Shown here piece by piece: positions 20,273-30,276 of a stretch of DNA of 64,000 nucleotides. Source of the stretch: Candidatus Levyibacteriota bacterium (GTDB taxonomy: Bacteria; Patescibacteriota; Microgenomatia; Levybacterales; UBA12049); the NCBI GenBank assembly GCA_027334565.1, contig DAHWUP010000002.1, positions 82,240 through 146,239 of the forward strand. The letters run 5' to 3'. The number at the start of each line of letters is the position of its first letter. The stretch's first letter is position 1. The notes under the pieces are model-generated. The model saw only the letters and a list, made by a program, of their open reading frames with translations. It searched no databases and had not been told where the DNA came from. A program made the translations under genes and the position numbers.

Positions 20273-20863
20273 TTATTTTTGTAATGCGGAAATAATTTCA
20301 GCTGTTTTTCTGACACGACCAATCCGGGGAAAAATACGGGCGATTGCAAATTCGTGATCGGACTTTGCCCGCGCGGCCATTGCATCCTCGGCAAAAATTA
20401 AACTATACCCTCTTTCATAAGCATCTCTCGCCGTCGACTCGACTCCATAGTTGGTTGAGATCCCACCCAAAACTATCGTTTTAATTTCTCTTCTTCTTAA
20501 TTCCAGGTCAAGTTCAGTTCCATAAAATGCTCCCCATTGGCGTTTGGTAATTAAAAGGTCATTCTCTTTTAGGGAAAGCTCCGGAACAATTTCCGACCAA
20601 TTCTTCGGCCTTTCCCCACCCCACTGCATTTTTTCATCAGTCTCCGGATGAAGCATATCTTTTCCGTCAGCTGACCCGTTTACGTGAACCAAACATACCT
20701 GCATTTTGGCCTCATGAAAAGCCTTGGTGAGTTTTTGCGCGTTAGCAATCACTTCAGCCGGCGTTGATGGTTCGGACATCATTGAAGTAATACCAATCTG
20801 AAGATCAATCAATACCAAAGCCGTCTCTTCGGGTTTAATTTTTAAAATCTTATTCACATTCAT
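20273..20863 (-). CDS. isochorismatase-family cysteine hydrolase
   Basis: ALVLIDLQ..; IVLGGISTNYGVESTARDA. Confidence 0.75.
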   Translation of the reverse strand: MNVNKILKIKPEETALVLIDLQIGITSMMSEPSTPAEVIANAQKLTKAFHEAKMQVCLVHVNGSADGKDMLHPETDEKMQWGGERPKNWSEIVPELSLKENDLLITKRQWGAFYGTELDLELRRREIKTIVLGGISTNYGVESTARDAYERGYSLIFAEDAMAARAKSDHEFAIARIFPRIGRVRKTAEIISALQK

Positions 20864-20969
20864 ATAATATTATATAACAACATAAATATATTTTCCGTCA
20901 TTATTTTTTAAATCACATTAACAAACCCTTGCTCAAATTCGATTAGCATAATATTGCTATAATAAGACC

Positions 20970-21680
20970 GTGCAGTTACCAAATGTCAAAAAAATCTTTA
21001 TCTTTATATCCGGCGCCTTTTCTTTATGCGTTATCTTGTTTTTCGTGATTGTTTTCCCGACCGAACAGAAACTGGCTGTCCAACTTCCCGATCAAATATC
21101 AAAACAGGAAAAAATCTATCATATAACCTATGTCAAATTTACAATGATAAATCCTTATGTCATCGATGCCGCGATCGCCTCACAAGATCGTCGTTTTTAC
21201 AATAACCTGGGAGTTGACCTGGTCGGAACCGTTCGCGCGCTTTACTACACCGCCGTCAGCGGACAAAGACAAGGTGCAAGCACCATCACCGAACAGTTGG
21301 CAAAAAACGTTTATTACCATGACAAGGACACACCCGAGACAGACATACAGACCAAACTCCTTGCTCCGTTTATCACTCTGCTTTATTCGAAACAGTACAT
21401 TCTGGAAATGTATTTAAACGATATATATTTCGGCAAGCAGGCTTATGGAATATATAACGCAAGTATGACATTCTTTAAAACATCTCCAAAAGATCTGAGT
21501 CTTTCTCAGTCGGCTTATTTGATGGGTCTGATTAACGTTCCTAGTTATTTTTCCTCCCATACCGAACAAGCTATTCAAGAAGCCGATATAGTGTTAGAAC
21601 AAATGCAATCGGAAGGATACATTACGCCAGCTCAAGTAAAAACCGCCGAAACCAAGCTACGGGCGCAATCATTTTTTTAG
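20970..21680 (+). CDS. monofunctional peptidoglycan glycosyltransferase (GT51 transglycosylase domain)
   Basis: AIASQDRRFY..GASTITEQLAKN..; N-terminal TM anchor. Confidence 0.75.
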   Translation: MQLPNVKKIFIFISGAFSLCVILFFVIVFPTEQKLAVQLPDQISKQEKIYHITYVKFTMINPYVIDAAIASQDRRFYNNLGVDLVGTVRALYYTAVSGQRQGASTITEQLAKNVYYHDKDTPETDIQTKLLAPFITLLYSKQYILEMYLNDIYFGKQAYGIYNASMTFFKTSPKDLSLSQSAYLMGLINVPSYFSSHTEQAIQEADIVLEQMQSEGYITPAQVKTAETKLRAQSFF

Positions 21681-22810
21681 AATTGAGGCGGTGATTGATC
21701 GTCCGTCTTGTTCAGCTCGTCTGGCAAAATCTCATCCAGATCGTTCTTTGAGGCCGGGACTCTTCGTCTTCTTTTAAATTTAAGTTCTAAGTCTTTTTTG
21801 AAAATTAATACAAATCCCAAACCCAAAACTATAATTCCGACAACCACCGCCAGTCCTGCAATCAGACTTTTAGTATTCAGACCGCTTAAAAACGAAGTGT
21901 TAATCGGAACCGGACTAGGCGTCGGCGTCACAGTTTCTGTCGGAACGGGAGTGTCGGTAGGTGACGGCGTTTGACTGGCTTGGGCGCTATCGGAATTTGA
22001 GGAAAGTACCGAAGACGCTGCCAAACCTCCGGGAACGGCGGACAATTCATTGGAAAAATCTCCTGAGGTACAACCGTTATTGGCAGCTATTACAAAATAG
22101 TAGGTTGTACCGGTGGCAAGCGATCCAACGGTATAAGTGGTGACGCCTTGGTCACCGATATTCGGATTGCCATAAATATATTTTCCCGATTCTATGCCAT
22201 AGGCGACCAGGTAATTGGTCACCGGATCCGAAGCATCGGTCCAGGTCAATGTTACTTGATTATCACCGCTTGAAACAGCGGAGGTCAGAACGGGAGTACT
22301 GCCCGGAGCCGGATCATTACAAGCAGAGCCTGTGGGAGTAGGCGTCGGGGTCGCCGTAACGGAAACGGGCTGGAAAACGATACTGATGCTACCGATGTTA
22401 CCGGTAGAATCGGAGACGGTAAAATTGTCCGTTCCGGCGCTGGTCGAGCAAACCCCGAACTGAACCTCGTTACCGGGCGAACCCGAACCGTCCGAGCCGG
22501 TGGCAGCCTGGGCACTGGTCGTACGGCTGGTACCACCACATGCGCCGCTATTATTGGCAATGATATTAAGTCCGGAATCCGAGTTGGTATTGGTGATAGT
22601 AATCATATCTCCCGATCCGACCGGATTACCCGAACCATCTTTAACGTCAATTGTTATCACCGCAACAGTCTGTCCGTCGGCATTGGGAGTTGAGTTATTG
22701 GAACTTACCGACGCGGAATTTGCCAAAACCGGAGTAGTAGAAAACAAAAAACCTCCCAAGATCAACAAGATAATCTTGAACATCGAGGCCCTGTTTTTAT
22801 ATGATTGCAT
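21677..22810 (-). CDS. cell-surface protein: signal peptide, Ig/FN3-like domains, Pro/Thr linkers, C-terminal TM anchor and basic tail
   Basis: N-terminal signal MFKIILLILGGFLF..; TATPTPTPTGS and PSPTDTPVPTETVTPTPSP linkers; C-terminal LIAGLAVVVGIIVLGLGFVLIF then KRRRR; GC-rich. Confidence 0.5.
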   Translation of the reverse strand: MQSYKNRASMFKIILLILGGFLFSTTPVLANSASVSSNNSTPNADGQTVAVITIDVKDGSGNPVGSGDMITITNTNSDSGLNIIANNSGACGGTSRTTSAQAATGSDGSGSPGNEVQFGVCSTSAGTDNFTVSDSTGNIGSISIVFQPVSVTATPTPTPTGSACNDPAPGSTPVLTSAVSSGDNQVTLTWTDASDPVTNYLVAYGIESGKYIYGNPNIGDQGVTTYTVGSLATGTTYYFVIAANNGCTSGDFSNELSAVPGGLAASSVLSSNSDSAQASQTPSPTDTPVPTETVTPTPSPVPINTSFLSGLNTKSLIAGLAVVVGIIVLGLGFVLIFKKDLELKFKRRRRVPASKNDLDEILPDELNKTDDQSPPQF

Positions 22811-23038
22811 ATAAATGCTTTCCTTAACTTAAAATTCTAAACTTAAAATCCGCTTAAAGCAAAGTAAATGTTAACCGTTTCTATTAACCTAATACTTTGT
22901 ACCACATAAAAGATTGAATTTTAAGATATCAAACTTTTTGATGCGAATTCATTTAATTCAGCGAATTCTCAGATATTTTACTTATTATTCAAATGAGTAT
23001 ACCTTAATCCGGCATTAGCTCCTATACGGAAAACGCAC

Positions 23039-23069
23039 TTGACTTTTTAAAAAACATATTGATAATATA
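23039..23069 (+). promoter_or_regulatory. sigma70-like promoter TTGACT-17-TAATAT upstream of 23089
   Basis: sequence match in an AT-rich 278-nt intergenic region. Confidence 0.4.
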
Positions 23070-23088
23070 AATTACTCATCAAAATTTT

Positions 23089-23457
23089 ATGAATGAAGAA
23101 TTAAATACAAATACCCAAGCCCAACAACCCCCCCAGCCTGTCGTAAATTCTACCCCGACCGCAAAAAACAATAAAATGGTTTATGCCATAGCGGCATTCG
23201 TGCTTGTGGTCGTAATTGTCGGCGCGGTTTATTTGATGCTTCCTAAAACATCGGTGGCTCCGACCACGCCTGCACGACAGACGGCACAACCTAATCAAGG
23301 GACACAAACGACCCAAACCAAAGTCACGCCATCGAACGTTGGCCAAACCCTTCAAAATACAGATACGACCATGCAACAGGCGATCGATCAGGCAAATTCT
23401 GATTTAAACGACATAAGTAAAATCAATACATCACAAGACAGTACCAGCGGATTATAA
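23089..23457 (+). CDS. small single-pass membrane protein, Q/T-rich ectodomain
   Basis: TM MVYAIAAFVLVVVIVGAVYLML; 3-nt gap to the next gene. Confidence 0.4.
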   Translation: MNEELNTNTQAQQPPQPVVNSTPTAKNNKMVYAIAAFVLVVVIVGAVYLMLPKTSVAPTTPARQTAQPNQGTQTTQTKVTPSNVGQTLQNTDTTMQQAIDQANSDLNDISKINTSQDSTSGL

Positions 23458-23459
23458 AT

Positions 23460-24281
23460 ATGAATAAATTCATAAAACTATCTTTATTAACGGGTTCACT
23501 CTTGCTGCTTGTAGCGCTACCGGCATTTGCCCAAACCTACGGCGGACAAAGACTTTTAAACGAAACGAATAGGCTGCAAAATATAGCAAGCAAAGATGCT
23601 ACTGTCCAGCAGAACCAACTACAGAATCTGATTAAACGCGCCGATAACTTAATCACAAACAGGATAAGTACACTTAACACCCTCTTAACCCGAATTCAGA
23701 ATGACAGCAGGCTTACCGCAAGCGAAAAAACCAGTCTTACCTCCGACATCCAGAACGATATCACCGGACTCACGGCTCTTAAGACCAAAATAGATGCGGA
23801 CACGGATATTACTACTGCAAGGACCGACGCAAAAACGATTATTACCAATTATTACATCTATGCTATATTTGAACCCAAAATGCGATTGCTTATTATTTTG
23901 AATAATCTGCAAACCGTTACTACAAATATCCAAAACTTGATTCCGCAAATCCAGACCATAATCAATACATTACAGTCACAAGGAAAAGACGTGTCGCAAC
24001 TGCAAACCTTATTAAGCGATGTTAATTCTCAGCTACAGACAATAAGTACCACCCTTACCAAAGACGTTACAAGCGTAGAAAATATCACGGCAAGCTCCGG
24101 AATTTCGGTTGCGGAACAGGCTTTTGCCCAAGTAAGACAAGATGTTGCCCAAATCGTAAGGTCGGGCTTTGCCAAAATTCGCTCAGACTTTGCCCAGATG
24201 AGGCCGTTATTCAGCCAATTGATCATTAATAAAGTAACACCCGGACCTACTTCCCCGACAAGCACGGGTTCCGCATCGTAA
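23460..24281 (+). CDS. secreted coiled-coil/repetitive protein
   Basis: Signal peptide LLTGSLLLLVALPAFA; heptad-like N/Q/T-rich repeats. Confidence 0.45.
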   Translation: MNKFIKLSLLTGSLLLLVALPAFAQTYGGQRLLNETNRLQNIASKDATVQQNQLQNLIKRADNLITNRISTLNTLLTRIQNDSRLTASEKTSLTSDIQNDITGLTALKTKIDADTDITTARTDAKTIITNYYIYAIFEPKMRLLIILNNLQTVTTNIQNLIPQIQTIINTLQSQGKDVSQLQTLLSDVNSQLQTISTTLTKDVTSVENITASSGISVAEQAFAQVRQDVAQIVRSGFAKIRSDFAQMRPLFSQLIINKVTPGPTSPTSTGSAS

Positions 24282-24401
24282 GGGTTACGGAGCTAGCAAG
24301 GACATAGGAATTATTTTGTGGATTTTTTACAGATTATTTTCTAATACCTTGTCCCAACTTGTAACTTTGTAATTTGTTTCACAGATTTTATCATTTAACC
24401 C

Positions 24402-24812
24402 ATGTATAAGTTTTACATGGCAAACAGCGTTGTACATTTTGAAATGCCGGCAAAAGACAAAAAAAGAACTGCCGAATTTTATTCAAAGGTTTTCGGATGG
24501 AACATGCGACAACTGGGTGATGATATGGGGAATTATCTTATTGCCCAAACCGCGGAAACCGACGAAAAAAACATGATGAATAAAACTCCCGGCACGATAA
24601 ATGGCGGATTTTTTGATTATAAAGACGAGGAAGGATTTAATATACCCCATTTAGTTATATCTGTTGAAAACTTGGATAAGACCATAAGAGATGTAAAAGC
24701 CACCGGGGGAAAAATTCTTGGTGAAAAAATGAATATTCCGGGAATTGGAATGTATGTTTCTTTCAAAGATACCGAAGGAAATATTGTAGGCATGCTTCAA
24801 CCAAACCGCTGA
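24402..24812 (+). CDS. VOC/glyoxalase family protein
   Basis: FEMPAKD..AEFYSKVFGW..; GGKILGEKMNIPGIGMYVSFKDTEGNIVGM. Confidence 0.6.
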   Translation: MYKFYMANSVVHFEMPAKDKKRTAEFYSKVFGWNMRQLGDDMGNYLIAQTAETDEKNMMNKTPGTINGGFFDYKDEEGFNIPHLVISVENLDKTIRDVKATGGKILGEKMNIPGIGMYVSFKDTEGNIVGMLQPNR

Positions 24813-24975
24813 AGTTAATTATTTTTTACGGTAAAGAGATAAAATATTAAGAAGTAAAATAATTCCGGAGCTTGGGGAGTATGTACTCAAGGCGTTTTGA
24901 ATTTACTCGTTAATATCGTCGTCTACAAACCGGATATCAGCCGTTGTTTACTTAAGCTTATGATATAATCGCCGC

Positions 24976-25599
24976 ATGGTTGAAGGAACAAGTCGAAACT
25001 TAGTCTCGGTTATTGAGGGTGTTACTGTTACTCCGGTTTCCATAGAGGCAGTTCCCAGTGACATCAACCCTTTTTACACAATGGATATATCACAAGCACC
25101 CAACGACGACGTTTTTATAAGATTTAACGATTTAAAATCTCATACCATTATTAAGGCTGTGAGAATAAACGGGAACTTCGAGGGCGGACCTTATACCTTA
25201 GTCACTGACGAATTGGTAAATCTAATCAGAAATTTTGCAAGCTCAAAGGAACCGGACCATATTCGCCACCCCGAAGAAAAGAAAGAGGAATTATTTTCTT
25301 CGATAGTCAATCCGCTGGTTTTAACCGGCGGACCGGACGATGATTTTAGAATCAAGGTGAGTGGGATCGAAAGCATGGACAACCCGGTCGAGGAGGAAGA
25401 TCTTGACGTATTCGGAGGAAGTTTTTTAGATATTATAGTTGGCAAAAACGGTAACGTGACGACTGCCATCAGGAATACCGGCTGGCAGTCACCAAAGCAA
25501 CTTATTTTGGAGTTTAAGACTGCGGAAAACGGAGGCAAATTCCCGCTGGTTGCCCAAACTTTTACCAGAATTTGCGAACGCTTCATCCAAGCTGCTTAG
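24976..25599 (+). CDS. hypothetical protein
   Basis: ORF only; convergent with the nucleotidyltransferase. Confidence 0.3.
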   Translation: MVEGTSRNLVSVIEGVTVTPVSIEAVPSDINPFYTMDISQAPNDDVFIRFNDLKSHTIIKAVRINGNFEGGPYTLVTDELVNLIRNFASSKEPDHIRHPEEKKEELFSSIVNPLVLTGGPDDDFRIKVSGIESMDNPVEEEDLDVFGGSFLDIIVGKNGNVTTAIRNTGWQSPKQLILEFKTAENGGKFPLVAQTFTRICERFIQAA

Positions 25600-25618
25600 T
25601 CAACAGATTTAGTTTTAC

Positions 25619-26026
25619 CTATAATCCAAGCTGTGAAACAAAAGCCTTGAGAGCGCCCGTTTTGTCCACAAGTATTACATAACCGTCTGCCAAAACTTTC
25701 TTTGTTTGTTCATCTGTCGGTGACTTCAGCCACTCTGAAGTGGTAAAATTAAATTCCACTTCCAAACCAGTGTTATAGTAGACCCTTTTTGTCTTTAAAA
25801 GACCCCAATCCTCATCAAGCACGTTGGTTATTATTCCGAACTTTTCCGCCCAGGTGCTGTCTTTTAGATAAATTTCGACATTATCCGTTAGTATCACCAG
25901 GTCCAAATCTGATGACGCTTGGGCGGCGTTTCTGGCATAAGAACCTACCAAAAAAACTCCGATAATGTTATCTTGCATCGCTGCCCAAGCCTTAAAATCC
26001 GTTAATAAAATATTAAAGTTAGGCAT
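25619..26026 (-). CDS. minimal nucleotidyltransferase (Pol-beta superfamily, MNT/KNTase-like)
   Basis: GVFLVGSYARNAAQASSDLDLVILTD (GS-x9-DxD signature). Confidence 0.65.
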   Translation of the reverse strand: MPNFNILLTDFKAWAAMQDNIIGVFLVGSYARNAAQASSDLDLVILTDNVEIYLKDSTWAEKFGIITNVLDEDWGLLKTKRVYYNTGLEVEFNFTTSEWLKSPTDEQTKKVLADGYVILVDKTGALKAFVSQLGL

Positions 26027-26182
26027 TCAACTGATAATAAACTCCTTTTTTGCCTTTTTGTCAAATGAATTAGATACTGCCACTATCAAAGACTGTACAT
26101 TTTGTCGTTTACGCTTATTAAATATTGTACGTGTTACCCCAGATCATATTTTAAATGAATATATTGGTGGTATAATTTCTCC

Positions 26183-27535
26183 ATGACCATCCATCTGCCG
26201 AAACTACCCAAACTTCCCGACGCTCCGAAGCTTCCCCGACTTTTGAAAATGCCGGAATTTCCCCATTTGCGAAAAATCAGTTTTAACGTTGAATCTTTTA
26301 AGAGCATACCCCGGTTTATTTTGAAACATAAAATTTCGCTTTCGTCATTGATTTTGCTGATATTGTTCGTAACTTTTGCAATGTGGTACCGCGGATATCT
26401 TCTTTCCAAAATGAAACCCGCACCCCAGGTCAACGGCAATGAAGATTTTTACTCCTCTACGGGCAAGAATGCCGTACCGACGATAATTATCCCGACGCCA
26501 ACGATAATTAATAACAATAACAATTCCGACATATATAATAGTGCCATATACCAGACACCGACGCCTTTTCCGACCTTTCCTCCTCTGCCGACACTGGCTC
26601 CACTTCCTACAGCTACTCCTATTCCAACGACCACTACTTCAAGTTCCTCGTCCAATAACAGCAGCAATCCGAATTGCACCACAGGCGGAGGAACCCCAAA
26701 CTCATGGTATTCGGATGTTTACCCTAACCCGCCCATAACCACCGGTACCGGCTCGGTAACCATCATCGTCGATATCCGTGACTGCAACGAAAATTTAGCA
26801 CCGGTAAGCGATAATTTGAAAATTTCATTGAGCTCCGGCGATCCGAATACCCTGATTAACGGCAACAAACTGCCAGTAAACGTCAACACTCAAAACGGTG
26901 AAGTCAAATTCAATGTCAGCTCGCAGATCAATGGTTCGGTGACGCTTATCGTCCAGGATACGACCAGCAACTTTACCGTGACCGACATCAACAACCATAA
27001 TCCGGTGATAACTTTTTCGGGCAATAGTTCGGGAAACTCTAATTGCACCACCGCAAGCGGCGTTCCGAATTTCTGGTATTCCGATGTCTATCCGGCCTCG
27101 CCCATCTCGGCCAATACCGGCTCGACGGTCACACTTACCGTCAATATCCGCGATTGCAGTCAAAATGACGTATCAAACGATAACATCACCGTTACCCAGA
27201 CCTCAAGCGATTCAAGCGTTAAGATAAACGGATCGAGTTCACCAGTCAGCGCCCAGGCCCAAAACGGCGTGGCGACTTTTAACATCACTTCCCAAAATAC
27301 CGGAACCGATACTTTCACAGTACAGGATACTACCAGTAATTTTTCCATTACCGATACCAACAACCATAGTCCAAGCATCGTCTTTAGCGGTTCATCTGCC
27401 ACGCCGACACCGACGCCCACCCCGACCCAAGCTCCCGCCTCAACGGCCACGCCGACACCGACGCCCACCCCGACCCAGGCTCTTACTTCTACTCCGACCC
27501 CTACGCCGACAAACACACTTTCTCCTACTCCATAA
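26183..27535 (+). CDS. membrane-anchored surface protein with two tandem Ig-like repeats of about 124 aa and Pro/Thr linkers
   Basis: N-terminal TM LSSLILLILFVTFAMWY; repeats starting NCTTGGGTPNSWYSDVYP and NCTTASGVPNFWYSDVYP; C-terminal (TPTPTPTPTQA)x2. Confidence 0.55.
   Translation: MTIHLPKLPKLPDAPKLPRLLKMPEFPHLRKISFNVESFKSIPRFILKHKISLSSLILLILFVTFAMWYRGYLLSKMKPAPQVNGNEDFYSSTGKNAVPTIIIPTPTIINNNNNSDIYNSAIYQTPTPFPTFPPLPTLAPLPTATPIPTTTTSSSSSNNSSNPNCTTGGGTPNSWYSDVYPNPPITTGTGSVTIIVDIRDCNENLAPVSDNLKISLSSGDPNTLINGNKLPVNVNTQNGEVKFNVSSQINGSVTLIVQDTTSNFTVTDINNHNPVITFSGNSSGNSNCTTASGVPNFWYSDVYPASPISANTGSTVTLTVNIRDCSQNDVSNDNITVTQTSSDSSVKINGSSSPVSAQAQNGVATFNITSQNTGTDTFTVQDTTSNFSITDTNNHSPSIVFSGSSATPTPTPTPTQAPASTATPTPTPTPTQALTSTPTPTPTNTLSPTP
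26671..27414 (+). repeat. intragenic tandem repeat, 2 x 372 nt (124-aa Ig-like module), followed by a duplicated PT-linker unit at about 27403-27480
   Basis: aattgcaccac..ggcg...ccgaa.t..tggtattc.gatgt.tacc recurs at 26671 and 27043. Confidence 0.6.
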
Positions 27536-27592
27536 CTTATAAAAAAATAACGATTGTTGACAGTTTGTACCTTAAATGCGATACTTTAAAAA

Positions 27593-28591
27593 ATGCAGAC
27601 GGAGCGTATCCACTGGATAGACATCACCCGAGGAATCGCCATCATTTTTGTCATCTATGCCCATGTGCTGGGAAACCAGGGCATCCGATATCTTTTTTAT
27701 GCCTTCCACATGCCTTTATTCTTCTTTATTTCCGGCGTTCTTTTTAGAAAAGACGACGGTTTTCTTACGGTCGTTAAAAAATCCGCGAAATCCTTAATTA
27801 TTCCCTACTTTATCCTGGCTTGGTTTTTTTACGTCTGGTGGGTCTTATCGAACGGAAGCAGTTTTTTTAATCCGGCGATCATCACCCAGTTCTGGGGCAT
27901 TTTTTACGGCAACAGCAACAACGGAATGTTGGCTTTTAATGACGTTTTGTGGTTTTTGCCCACGCTGTTTGTGACCAGAGTGATGTTTGCGGCATTAACA
28001 AAAATTTCATTAAAAACCGGTCTACTGGCCTTAACGCTGTTATTATTTTCAATCTTTGGATATGCGCTATCTGTTTTTGGGCCCGATGTCAAACTTCCGT
28101 TCGGTTTTGAAACCGCTTTATCAGGGATAGTTTTTTACGGAGCTGGATTTTTATGGTATCGGGGTCAGAGTGCGAAAAAAATGATACTCGGCCATAAACG
28201 CCTGATCTTCCCGGCATTTTTATTGATTATGATCCTACTCGCAACTATAGATTTCCACAATTTCGGACGACAAATCGATATGAGGCTTAACAACTTGAAC
28301 AATTATTTCTTCTTTTATGTTGATGCATTCTTGGGTATCTTTTCCTGGCTGTCGTTTGCCCTAATCCTTAATAAAAATGTTCTGCTTGAAGCTTTCGGAA
28401 GATATTCGCTTGTTTTGTTCGCCTGGCATCCGTTCGTGTTTAAATACCTCAACGATTATATTTTAAACCTAATCACAGCCGTTAAAACGCTTATTCCCGC
28501 AATTTATACCATAATTACAGTCAGCGTCATCCTCTTTGCTAACTCGATATACGAAAATCTCCGTAAAAAAATCTTTTTTCGCCCTTCTTAA
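27593..28591 (+). CDS. acyltransferase family 3 (OafA-like O-acyltransferase) membrane protein
   Basis: IDITRGIAIIFVIYAHV..FHMPLFFFISG N-terminal motifs; about 10 TM helices. Confidence 0.7.
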   Translation: MQTERIHWIDITRGIAIIFVIYAHVLGNQGIRYLFYAFHMPLFFFISGVLFRKDDGFLTVVKKSAKSLIIPYFILAWFFYVWWVLSNGSSFFNPAIITQFWGIFYGNSNNGMLAFNDVLWFLPTLFVTRVMFAALTKISLKTGLLALTLLLFSIFGYALSVFGPDVKLPFGFETALSGIVFYGAGFLWYRGQSAKKMILGHKRLIFPAFLLIMILLATIDFHNFGRQIDMRLNNLNNYFFFYVDAFLGIFSWLSFALILNKNVLLEAFGRYSLVLFAWHPFVFKYLNDYILNLITAVKTLIPAIYTIITVSVILFANSIYENLRKKIFFRPS

Positions 28592-28796
28592 TTTATTTTA
28601 ATACTTAAAGCTTAATCGTATAACGCCATATTAACAACAACCGCGGTATTCAATGTTTCTGCTTTATATTCCGAGAGCTTTAACTCTCACCTTTAAGGCT
28701 TTGAGTCTTATTTTACTCACATCTTATTGATCGGTAACTTAAATCACGCCATTACCGGAAAGCATGTTATAATATAAAAATCGAAAGCGAGGTGAA

Positions 28797-29240
28797 TTGT
28801 TCATGGTGAATGCTACCCGAAAGACAGCCAAGAAGGTTAAGGGTTTCTCGGATGAAGAACGCGAAGCGATGCAGGAACGCGCCCGGGAACTGATGTCGGA
28901 CAAAGGGAACGGAGAGGCCGCAGTGCTTAAGAAAATCGCCGAGATGAAAGGTTTGGATCATATTTTGGGCGAAAAACTACACGACCTCATCAAGAAAAAC
29001 GCGCCGACCTTAGTACCCAAAACCTGGTACGGTATGCCCGCCTATGCCAACAAGGATGGTAAGGTCGTCTGCTTTTTCCAAAACGCGAGCAGGTTCAAAA
29101 CAAGGTATTTAACTTTAGGCTTCAGTGATGCTGCAAAATTGGATGAAGGCAACATTTGGCCGGTAACTTTCGCTCTAACCAAGTTGACCCCAAACGAAGA
29201 AACAAAAATCGCCGCGCTGGTGAAACAAGCGGTGGGATAA
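28797..29240 (+). CDS. DUF1801 (YdhG-like) domain protein
   Basis: Weak family resemblance; good SD GAAAGCGAGGTGA upstream. Confidence 0.35.
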   Translation: MFMVNATRKTAKKVKGFSDEEREAMQERARELMSDKGNGEAAVLKKIAEMKGLDHILGEKLHDLIKKNAPTLVPKTWYGMPAYANKDGKVVCFFQNASRFKTRYLTLGFSDAAKLDEGNIWPVTFALTKLTPNEETKIAALVKQAVG

Positions 29241-29298
29241 ACAATCATAATTTCGACTATATGCATCCTAGGGACAAAGTAATCGTAGGGAACAAATT

Positions 29299-29757
29299 CT
29301 AGACTGCGTCTTGAAGAATCTTGATGATGATTTTTTTCATTCCGAGCAGCGCCATTGTGGATTTTTTATCTCTAATAAGTTCACCTATATTTTGCGGAAC
29401 TATCTGCCAGGAAAGTCCGTACTTATCCTTAAGCCATCCGCATTGCTGAGCTTTTTTATCGCCGCCTTTTGTCAATTTATTCCAGTAATAATCTATTTCC
29501 TTCTGACCCTTACACTGAACGACCAAGGATACCGATTCATTGAACTTTACAAAAGGCCCGCCGTTTAAAGCGGTGAATTCCTCTCCGTCAAGGATAAAGT
29601 CAACCGTCATCACGGAGCCGACAGGTTGTTTGGAAGGAGTTTCAACCGTGTAATAATTTTTAGAAATTATTTTAGAATTTTTGAAAATAGAAACGTAATA
29701 TTTAGCCGCTTCCTCAGCTTCATTATTAAACCATAAGAAGGTTGTGATCTTTTGCAT
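29299..29757 (-). CDS. PhnB/3-demethylubiquinone-9 3-methyltransferase-domain protein (VOC superfamily)
   Basis: ITTFLWFNNEAEEAAKYYVSIFKNS..; GDKKAQQCGWLKDKYGLSWQI. Confidence 0.7.
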   Translation of the reverse strand: MQKITTFLWFNNEAEEAAKYYVSIFKNSKIISKNYYTVETPSKQPVGSVMTVDFILDGEEFTALNGGPFVKFNESVSLVVQCKGQKEIDYYWNKLTKGGDKKAQQCGWLKDKYGLSWQIVPQNIGELIRDKKSTMALLGMKKIIIKILQDAV

Positions 29758-29841
29758 ACAAATAAAATTATCAAAATAAGACGTCGAAAGTCAGTAACTT
29801 AAATTACCTTAGTCTTAAGGATTTTATAGATAACGATAAGG

Positions 29842-30015
29842 TTAAAATTTCAAAAGCTCCAGTGCCTTATAGACAAATACAGCCGGCCATAAGATAGCCT
29901 CAATAATGCCGACAACACCCTGCATCAGCGTGTGTGCATGTTGTAAAAAATAAACCAAAGCCCCGAATACCCCGATACCGTAAAGAGCTTCTCCTCCCCC
30001 GGCGCATTTCTTCAT
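29842..30015 (-). CDS. unannotated small hydrophobic protein (57 aa, MKKCAGGGEALYGIGVFGALVYF...)
   Basis: Strong SD GGGAGGTGA 7 nt upstream of the ATG at 30015; below the 60-aa ORF-track cutoff. Confidence 0.3.
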   Translation of the reverse strand: MKKCAGGGEALYGIGVFGALVYFLQHAHTLMQGVVGIIEAILWPAVFVYKALELLKF

Positions 30016-30276
30016 AACGTCTCACCTCCCCAAATCAAACTTACTCTACCCGAAACTACTTGTCAAACAGCATTTACATAATGAAATCATGAAGCACGTT
30101 TATGGATTTAAAGGAAAAGTTCGGAAAGATCCTAAAGCTAATTGGTTTTTATAAGTTTGAATAAAAAACTATCCAACGAAATTATGTCTATTCCAGTATC
30201 ATTTTCTGCTTTTTTATCAGTCTTCGCGCGCCATACCCGGCCGTGACATACTATTTTCGATATCGGATGTAAAATT

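Noticed and set aside
26449-27516. Minus-strand ORFs of 77, 112 and 118 aa
   Set aside because: They are antisense to the repeat-containing surface-protein gene, with G/V-rich translations produced by the PT-linker and repeat codons.
27565-27747. 60-aa ORF overlapping the start of the acyltransferase gene
   Set aside because: It is out of frame with and contained in the 5' end of the better-supported acyltransferase-3 CDS.
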